Positions 9,538-16,502 of a stretch of 64,000 nucleotides of DNA are shown one piece after another. The notes below the pieces were generated by a model. That model was not told the origin of the DNA. It did no database searches and worked only from the letters and a program-made list of their open reading frames with translations. The DNA lies in NCBI GenBank assembly GCA_963674535.1, contig OY771363.1, positions 177,335 to 241,334 on the forward strand. The letters run 5' to 3'. The position numbers and the translations under genes were made by a program. The stretch's first letter is position 1. The number at the start of each line of letters is the position of its first letter. This stretch comes from Christensenellaceae bacterium (GTDB lineage: Bacteria; Bacillota; Clostridia; Christensenellales; CAG-138).

Positions 9538-9849
9538 ATGGAATACGAAAAGTTACAGCAGGTCGCAGAGATGATACAAGATACTGCGATTGCAGCATCA
9601 TTTAAAGGCATATCGATCGAAGACGCTGTGAAGCTTTTTTCGAAAAAGGGAATTGAGATTACAAAAGAAGACCTGTACGAAATTAGACACATGGCCGAAA
9701 CGAACGAGAAGATGTCAGATGAATTATCGGAAATCGAGCTTGATGTAGTTACGGGTGGTGGATTTAGCCTTCGTGATTGGTGGAGAAAATATAGGGGCGC
9801 CTATAAAGCAGCCTTTGAAGGTTTCTTTAATGGCCTTGTTGGGATGTAG
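9538..9849 (+). CDS. Nif11-like leader peptide precursor 2 (double-glycine cleavage, 29-aa core)
   Basis: A GGAGGA RBS precedes ATG 9538. Leader ...KKGIEITKEDLYEI...MSDELSEIELDVVTGG; core GFSLRDWWRKYRGAYKAAFEGFFNGLVGM. The ORF-track start at 9487 overlaps precursor 1 and is less likely. Confidence 0.75.
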   Translation: MEYEKLQQVAEMIQDTAIAASFKGISIEDAVKLFSKKGIEITKEDLYEIRHMAETNEKMSDELSEIELDVVTGGGFSLRDWWRKYRGAYKAAFEGFFNGLVGM

Positions 9850-9985
9850 TTAGCGATAATTCAGAACAAGTTGATGTTTTGGTATTTAACACTCCACTTT
9901 ATGTTTTAGAGAAAGGTTTGTTACAGACAACGATGAGGCAGGGCACGTGAGTTGCCCTGCCAGATGAAAATCAGCCGGTGGGAAT

Positions 9986-10198
9986 ATGGATCGAACAAAA
10001 CAAGTTGAAAAATTATTAAAGTTATTTGCCGATATGCAGGACCTCTTTGATCCGAAAGATGAACTGTCATCAATTATAGCAGAGCTCGGCGGCCGTTCGG
10101 AAGGAGAACTGTCCGATGATGAACTCGATTTAGTTATTGCTGCAGCGAAAGATCCCCGGATGGCTTCTAATATTAGGAACAGGAAAAAGGGAACATGA
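9986..10198 (+). CDS. Leader-like small peptide 3 (acidic ELSDDELDLV motif but no GG), stop overlapping the PP2C start
   Basis: 70 aa. ...GELSDDELDLVIAAAKDPRMASNIRNRKKGT. Its TGA (10196-10198) overlaps ATG 10195 of the next gene. Confidence 0.45.
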   Translation: MDRTKQVEKLLKLFADMQDLFDPKDELSSIIAELGGRSEGELSDDELDLVIAAAKDPRMASNIRNRKKGT

Positions 10199-10974
10199 TA
10201 CTGCAAGCTTGCGTTTATACGCACGTTGGCCGCTGCAGAATGAATAACGAAGATAATTACTATCTTTGTGGAGCCATTAAGCGGGATTTGGAATTGCCGG
10301 CCGAACGAAAGGATGATATGCGGTCGGCAAATTCCGGTGCGTTGTATGCGGTATGCGACGGCATAGGCGGAGAAGAGATGGGAGAAGCAGCTTCCTTGGC
10401 CGCCGTTTCGGCATTAAGAATAGCGACGGAGCCAGATCCGTACCCGGCGGCGAGACAAAACACACACGATGCTAACAATGCAGTATGGAGCCTTACAACC
10501 GCGCGGGGATATGGACGCGCCGGAACGACGATTGCCGCTTTAAGCGTCAACGCAAGCTCGGTGCTTGCCTACAATGTCGGCGACAGCCGGATATATCGGT
10601 ATCATAAACAGACGCTGACACAACTGTCAAAAGATCATACTGCAACGCAGCAGATGGTTGATCTTGGGATCATTACTGAACAAGAAGCGAAGGTTCACCG
10701 CGACAGAAACAAACTGATGTTATATCTGGGGCTGCCTTCGGAGGAGATGGTGCTGGAACCGTATATTTCAGAGACTATCCCACTGCAACCGGACGATGTT
10801 TACATCCTATGTTCCGACGGACTGTTTACAATGGTCTCTGATGAAAGTATTGCGGAGCTCGTTTCAAAAAGCGGAACGGTTGACCAGATCTGCACGGTAT
10901 TAGTGGACGAAACGCTTCTCAATGGCGCCAAAGACAACGTTACCGTTCTTGTTGTGAAAGTCGTTGAGGATTAA
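10195..10974 (+). CDS. PP2C-family Ser/Thr protein phosphatase
   Basis: Motifs NEDNYY, YAVCDGIGGEEMGEAAS, LCSDGL and DNVTVLVV are typical of PPM/PP2C (Stp-like) enzymes. Confidence 0.9.
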   Translation: MILQACVYTHVGRCRMNNEDNYYLCGAIKRDLELPAERKDDMRSANSGALYAVCDGIGGEEMGEAASLAAVSALRIATEPDPYPAARQNTHDANNAVWSLTTARGYGRAGTTIAALSVNASSVLAYNVGDSRIYRYHKQTLTQLSKDHTATQQMVDLGIITEQEAKVHRDRNKLMLYLGLPSEEMVLEPYISETIPLQPDDVYILCSDGLFTMVSDESIAELVSKSGTVDQICTVLVDETLLNGAKDNVTVLVVKVVED

Positions 10975-11684
10975 TTATCCTAGCACATCCGACTAAGCGC
11001 AGAATGTTGACAGCAACAATCAAATAAAAAATCACTCTGAATTACAAAACATCAGATAATCTTTGTGTCCGGATCTTAACGTTTAGTGAGGCACTGGTGC
11101 GATAGCCTGATGCGACAACAGTATGAGCTGACTATGCAGCGACGGATAGATAATTTGCTCGGGCGACTGGAAGCCGTTGGTAAAGAACTCGCATATCTAT
11201 TGAAAGCAGGTACGAACGGTGCTCTGCGACTAAGAAGCTATATGAAATGCAATTTGTCTGCACCCAAGCGATTAGTACGGGTGCAGATTTTTATGTAAAC
11301 TGGGTGACCGAAACAATATTGGCGGATCCCAGATTTCCGAGAAAAGCTTTGCATGAGTGAAATATGAGTACTGATTATGGACTTTGTATCTGATAAACAA
11401 TAAAATGGAGAGAGATTCAGGATGTTGACGATGTTGGGTACTTTCAGCAGGGAATGCGCTGCCATTCTCCTAGACAAATCGCTAAAGAATGGGCTTGCTA
11501 AGCGTTGAGAACAATCAAGGCAGGCTACGTCCAAACAAAGTCGATAACGGGCTTATATGCGGGACAAGAAATAAGAAGTTACATTGCGATTATTTAAAAA
11601 GGGTACTTGATATTCCACTGTGAGGAAATTATCATTGCTCAGAACTATAATCATGATGTAATAGTCATCAACAGGGAGGGATAA

Positions 11685-14072
11685 ATGGACATCATTGATT
11701 TTGAACCGCTTTTTAGCGATTGGACGGTTGACTCATTTATTGGGGCGGGTTCGTTTGGTAAAGTATATAAGATAAAACGCGAGGAATTTGGCACGGTTTA
11801 TTACTCAGCGTTGAAGTGGATTTCGATTCCAAAGGACGATACGGAACTAAAACAATTGCGTTATGACGGGATGGATAATGAATCGATTTCGGAGTATTAC
11901 ACAAACCTGGTTAAGGACCTATCAAACGAGTTAAAGCTAATGAGAAGCCTTAGGGGGCGCAGTAGCATTGTCAGCTACGAAGATCACAGGATTATAGCAA
12001 AACCGGATCGGAAGGGTTATGATATTTTGATCCGCATGGAGTTACTTACGAGCCTAAACGACTATATGCTTAGCCATGCGCTATCGCGCGCGGAGTTGAT
12101 TCGGCTTGGCATTAATATTTGTGAAGCGCTGGAACTTTGCCAGAGATATAATATTATCCATCGAGATGTCAAGCCAGACAATGTCTTTGTTACTGAGATT
12201 GGGGACTTCAAACTTGGCGATTTTGGCATTGCGCGACAGCTAGAAGGAACGATGTCGGGTCTTTCGATAAAAGGGACGTACGATTATATGGCACCTGAGG
12301 TGTACAAAAGAGAACGGTACAGTTCGAGTATCGACGTCTACTCTCTCGGAATTCTGATTTATCGATTGCTGAATGATGGACGGTTGCCATTCTTGCCCCT
12401 TGCTCAAGCAACGATCCGCCCGAGCGACCGCGATCAGAGCTTTGCTAGACGAATGAGCGGAGAAGCGATGCCGCCACCGCGGAATGCAGAAGGGCGACTA
12501 GGTGAAATCGTGCTGAAAGCGTGCGCTTATGACCCGAAAGATCGGTACTCCAGTCCGAAGCAGATGCGGGAGGAATTACAATCGATACAGTTTACACCGG
12601 AAGAGGCTCGGATGATCTTTCGAGACGGGGACGATCTCGGCCATGTTGAACCCAGCGTAAGAGAGACCGAAACGGAGCAAGTAGCTCAAGAAGTGGAAGT
12701 GACGGATAGCTTCGGGTATATGGCTGAGACGTACTCGCAAGAGACTCAGGATAAAATAGAGAGCGGAGAAGAAGTAGAACATGAAGATATTGATAAAACA
12801 AAGACAAGCCCAGAGAAGAAAGCACTGCTCGCTAGGATTATTGTGGCTATAGCAATTGTTGGATTAGCTGTAGTATGCGCATGTTTATATGGCCGTGTTG
12901 TTAAAATTAGTATAAACGCAACCAGTTATGATATGGAAGTTGGTAGCTCCCAAGTGCTGTTAACTAGTGTAACACGCTTTTTAAAAGGAACGCAATATGA
13001 ATCTGTTCAATGGGCATATGATGAGAGTGTTGTGTCTCTTGACGGGGATGGAACTTTTACTGCAATCGGCGAAGGCGAGGCACTAATTGAAGCTCATCTT
13101 GATAATGTGAAAGCTTCTTGCACTATAAGTGCACAATACCCTACAATTACTCTTGGCACAACGAGTTTTAAAACGAATTCAACCGAATTGGATTTATCCG
13201 ATCAGGGAATCACAGACATTTCCCCGCTCTCCGAATGCCGCTGCCTTACCAGTTTGGATCTTTCACGCAACCCAATAACTAGTTTAGAACCTCTACAGTA
13301 TGTATCAACTCTTGAATATCTGAATATAAACGAAACTCAAGTTGTCAACCTTGAACCGCTCGGATCCCTAAAACAGCTCAAAAGCGTTGATATACGCGAC
13401 ACTCAAATCCCTGACTTATCCCCACTTAGCGATGATGTAAATGTGAACATGAATATGAATCTTATTAAGCGCGTCAACTTAGATTTTGATGATTTTTATA
13501 GCCTAAGCGAAGAAGATTTTGGGGTTAATTTTGGTGGCCGCCAAATCACTTGGACGAGCTTTGATACAACGGTTGCATGGTGTGAAAATGGTGATATTGG
13601 AACTACGAGTATCCAAAGGGATATTACAAAATCTATGTTACGAACATTCATTACAGGTTCGGTTGAAAATACAAATACACTATTAATGTATATTATACAT
13701 ATACCATGCGAGACATACTCATTTAAACAAGGCAATGAAACCCACTTTCCCGATAATTGGATTGCTTGGCCCCAAATAATCTCTCCCAAAATAGAGAACT
13801 GCTATGGCTTTGCGATTACAATAAATAGTAGTAAGGAGCATGCTGTTCAATATTCATCAGATTGGTATATTTATATTAAAGATGATGAAGGATGGGAAAG
13901 AATATTTACGATATATATAGAAGAAGGCGTCGAAAACAGTACAAATATTAAATTTGATGCTCCTTTGAACATCTTAGAAATCGCACTTGTTCCAAAGGGA
14001 AATAAACTGAATGGAGACACAACTTGGTATAATTATATTACACTGTCAGATTTAGTCTTCGCAAGAAATTAG
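11685..14072 (+). CDS. Hanks-type Ser/Thr protein kinase with one TM helix and an extracellular Big_2-like + LRR + unknown C-terminal region
   Basis: GAGSFGKVYK, ALK, HRDVKPDN, DFG and APE motifs. TM helix LLARIIVAIAIVGLAVVCACLY near aa 385. LRR units are DLSDQGITDISPLSECRCLTSLDLSRNPITSLEPL... The last ~200 aa were not recognised. Confidence 0.9.
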   Translation: MDIIDFEPLFSDWTVDSFIGAGSFGKVYKIKREEFGTVYYSALKWISIPKDDTELKQLRYDGMDNESISEYYTNLVKDLSNELKLMRSLRGRSSIVSYEDHRIIAKPDRKGYDILIRMELLTSLNDYMLSHALSRAELIRLGINICEALELCQRYNIIHRDVKPDNVFVTEIGDFKLGDFGIARQLEGTMSGLSIKGTYDYMAPEVYKRERYSSSIDVYSLGILIYRLLNDGRLPFLPLAQATIRPSDRDQSFARRMSGEAMPPPRNAEGRLGEIVLKACAYDPKDRYSSPKQMREELQSIQFTPEEARMIFRDGDDLGHVEPSVRETETEQVAQEVEVTDSFGYMAETYSQETQDKIESGEEVEHEDIDKTKTSPEKKALLARIIVAIAIVGLAVVCACLYGRVVKISINATSYDMEVGSSQVLLTSVTRFLKGTQYESVQWAYDESVVSLDGDGTFTAIGEGEALIEAHLDNVKASCTISAQYPTITLGTTSFKTNSTELDLSDQGITDISPLSECRCLTSLDLSRNPITSLEPLQYVSTLEYLNINETQVVNLEPLGSLKQLKSVDIRDTQIPDLSPLSDDVNVNMNMNLIKRVNLDFDDFYSLSEEDFGVNFGGRQITWTSFDTTVAWCENGDIGTTSIQRDITKSMLRTFITGSVENTNTLLMYIIHIPCETYSFKQGNETHFPDNWIAWPQIISPKIENCYGFAITINSSKEHAVQYSSDWYIYIKDDEGWERIFTIYIEEGVENSTNIKFDAPLNILEIALVPKGNKLNGDTTWYNYITLSDLVFARN

Positions 14073-14115
14073 CACAACGACTAAATTACTCAAAATTAAT
14101 ATAGAGAGCTTGGAT

Positions 14116-14455
14116 TGTCAACAGTAAGTCGGACAGATTTTATAAGGTACGGGATCTCTTAAACTCTACTGGTGACAAATATCCAAGCGTTCCGTGTAGG
14201 CGAATGTTGTTGAACCAATGAACATAATCTGACAGCTCCAGTTGGAGATGCTCCAACGTTTCAAAACGACGAGAGAAGACAAACTCAGCCTTGACCATTT
14301 TGAAAGTAGAGTCCGCCACGGCGTTATCGAATGGACAGCCTTTCATAACAACCCAATCAACGAGCATTCCGATACAGCGTACAGCTTGAGCAGTGGCGTA
14401 TCGCTCTGTCATGCGTGCCGCAGCAAACGTCATCCGAAGAAGGACGGATACCATT
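14116..14455 (-). pseudogene. IS3-family transposase OrfB 3' fragment with terminal inverted repeat (truncated)
   Basis: The minus-strand translation ...KGCPFDNAVADSTFKMVKAEF...NNIRLHGTLGYLSPVEFKR is the conserved C-terminus of IS3 OrfB. The TGTCAAC... terminus is at 14116. Homology stops where element copy A begins. Confidence 0.7.
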
Positions 14456-15322
14456 GCCCCCCGGTCAAGGTGAACGCGGAGGCAAGCTTGACGACTAGGG
14501 GCCTTAGCCTCTTCCAAGTGTGCGCGGCGAAAAAGGAGGGGGGGCGCAAATACTCGACAAAATGGCGCCCCAAGACGAGAACTTCAAAGTCGAAGAAACC
14601 CGCATAAACAGGGCGTTTTTTAAATCTTTGAAGTATAAATATTGAGAAGAAAAACCGGGAGTTTTTGCGGGGTCGCGACGCTTTTTGGAAGCTACAAATA
14701 TCGAGAAAATTGATCGATTTTTCAGCAATATAACAAGCCATATGAAAACCATAACGAACCACACGGCAGTAGTGTGGTTTTTTATTATTTTTCCCATCGG
14801 AGTAAAAGGTGAGATATTGAGAACTCGCATGATTTTTCAAGCCATAATTGACCAAACCATACCGTAAGGAAACCATAGTGAGTCTTTGGTGACTGAGCGG
14901 CTCGTCATGGTTTTTCTGGTTTCCTCAATACGAATATGATTAAACTTTTCTATTCGCTCTTCAGGTCGGATCATACTTGCACGAAAAACCAAGAGTCACA
15001 CTGGGAAATTCACGTCAAATCCAGGCGTTTAGGTCCAAGTGAATACAATCCCTCACGCAGCATTATTGAATGGTCTTTATAAGATTTTTCACATAGTGAC
15101 CTTATGTTGAATTGCGTTGAATCGCTGTGCGAATCTTTGCTTATCAAATTTAAGGTTATAGGCTCCTAAAAGATGTCCGCTTTTGTCCTCTTTTTCGTTG
15201 TGGAATGTGTAGACGCGAACATGTGTTTGTAATAACATATCAATATGGAACACAACAACAACCGTTCTGTAGTTGAATGATCTCACGCAGACAAAGGAAC
15301 GTGAGCAAAAGGAGGACTGTAT

Positions 15323-15502
15323 TTGAAGAACGAATGGATTCGCGAAATGGCGAAATTGAAAGGAGTTCTGCTGTGGCAAATCGCAGACAGACTGGGAATC
15401 ACGGACGGGAACTTCTCTCGCAGACTGCGCCATGAGATGACACAGGAAGAACAGGAAAGGATCAGGGTGATTATCGACGAACTGGCGGAAGAACAAGAAT
15501 GA
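15323..15502 (+). CDS. Small HTH DNA-binding protein (59 aa, TTG start), not in the ORF track
   Basis: AAAGGAGGA RBS, then TTG. MKNEWIREMAKLKGVLLWQIADRLGITDGNFSRRLRHEMTQEEQERIRVIIDELAEEQE. An identical copy lies at 52534-52713. Confidence 0.55.
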   Translation: MKNEWIREMAKLKGVLLWQIADRLGITDGNFSRRLRHEMTQEEQERIRVIIDELAEEQE

Positions 15503-15559
15503 TAGAGTGGCGTCTGCAACATGACTTGATACAGTGCAGGGGTGATCGGGTGAAAAAGT

Positions 15560-16243
15560 ATGGACTATTCTTTTAACGTTGAAATGGCCGTTAAGTATGG
15601 CGTTGAAGAAGCAGTATTACTCCAGCATCTGTATTTCTGGATCCAAAAGAATGCTGCAAACCAGAAGCACTTTCATGACGGATATTTCTGGACCTACAAC
15701 AGCGCGCAGGCGTTCACTGTAATTTTCCCGTTCTGGAGCAGACAGAAGATCGATCGGATGATCCAGTCACTGCGCGAGCAAGGTGCGATTCTAATAGGCA
15801 ACTATAACGATGCCGGACGAGACAGAACCCGTTGGTTTGCATTGTCCGAAATCGTATGCGCCATTGCTGAAAATCGAGCAATGCATTGCTCAGAATTGAG
15901 CAACCCATTGCTCAAAAGTGAGCAACCATTACCAGATAATAAACCAGATAGAAATACAGATAAGAGTGTACGCGCACAATGTCTTACAAGAGGCGAATAC
16001 GGATACGTTAAACTCACAGACGAAGAATATCAGCGTCTGGTAAATGATTTGGGGAAGAGGGAGGTCGAGCGGGCGATCGCCTATCTCGACGAAAGCGCGG
16101 CCATGACCGGAAACAAGAACAGGTGGAAGAACTGGAACCTGGTGATACGGAAAGCGGCACGAGAGAAATGGGGGAAGCGCGAAAGCCCACCGCGGGAGGG
16201 TCGCTTGATCGAGCTTGACGAGGAAGGAAGGTTGGTCACGTGA
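15560..16243 (+). CDS. Putative replication initiator / phage replisome-organizer-like protein
   Basis: 227 aa with an N-terminal winged-helix-like region (VEEAVLLQHLYFWIQKN...) and a DnaD-like C-terminal part. It lies immediately upstream of dnaB in copy B, with start/stop overlap. Confidence 0.55.
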   Translation: MDYSFNVEMAVKYGVEEAVLLQHLYFWIQKNAANQKHFHDGYFWTYNSAQAFTVIFPFWSRQKIDRMIQSLREQGAILIGNYNDAGRDRTRWFALSEIVCAIAENRAMHCSELSNPLLKSEQPLPDNKPDRNTDKSVRAQCLTRGEYGYVKLTDEEYQRLVNDLGKREVERAIAYLDESAAMTGNKNRWKNWNLVIRKAAREKWGKRESPPREGRLIELDEEGRLVT

Positions 16244-16413
16244 ACTATGAAGATTCCATCCTCGGAGATCCGGATACGGCGATCTCAGCCAACTATTTAC
16301 GCTGCTTAATCATATCCGGAAGGATACCGCGCGTGAAGTGCGGTAAGAAGTATCTGATCGATATCGATCTGCTGCAGGACTATCTGTCAAAGTGCATGCA
16401 GGGAAGCGATTAA
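16240..16413 (+). pseudogene. In-frame dnaB'-'xis fusion created by a 1763-bp deletion
   Basis: VNYEDSILG (the first 9 codons of the copy-B dnaB) is joined to DPDTAISANYLRCLIISGRIPRVKCGKKYLIDIDLLQDYLSKCMQGSD (the last 48 codons of the copy-B xis). Confidence 0.6.
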
Positions 16414-16502
16414 TGTTCCGATAAACATCTGAAATCGGACTTGATTGTCGGTTCGATAAGAGCGAACATGCTGAATGACGTAAGAAGGGAGGATGCAAAA
16501 AC

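Noticed and set aside
11086-11298. A 70-aa ORF, plus a 28-aa ORF near 11421, in the 710-bp gap between the PP2C and kinase genes.
   Set aside because: Weak or absent RBS and no recognisable motif. They are kept in mind only as possible small proteins in a locus that does encode small peptides.
14430-14876. A 148-aa minus-strand ORF in the left arm of element copy A. Parts of it (FYSDGKNNKKPH.CRV.RYGFHMA and EYLRPP.FF.A.TWKRLRPLVVK.ASAF.LTGG) also translate from copy B.
   Set aside because: In copy B the same frame is broken into separate pieces by stops (51593-51844 and 51936-52139). The apparent peptide conservation only mirrors nucleotide conservation, and no start or RBS is shared. It is treated as non-coding.
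15176-15190. A 15-nt exact match (TCCGCTTTTGTCCTC) between spacer 8 (36002-36016) and both copies of the integrative element (15176-15190 and 52387-52401), which would hint at self-targeting of the element.
   Set aside because: Only 15 of 33 nt match contiguously and the flanks match at about chance level. A rough estimate (about 2.7 kb of spacers against both strands of 64 kb) gives a few tenths of an expected random 15-mer hit. A full alignment against related elements would be needed to revive this.
15089-15496. A 135-aa minus-strand ORF (and 15283-15522) upstream of the replication gene, considered as a divergent repressor gene.
   Set aside because: Most of it is antisense to the better-supported TTG-initiated HTH gene (RBS AAAGGAGGA). 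Its C-terminal part differs between the two copies exactly where nucleotide identity ends.
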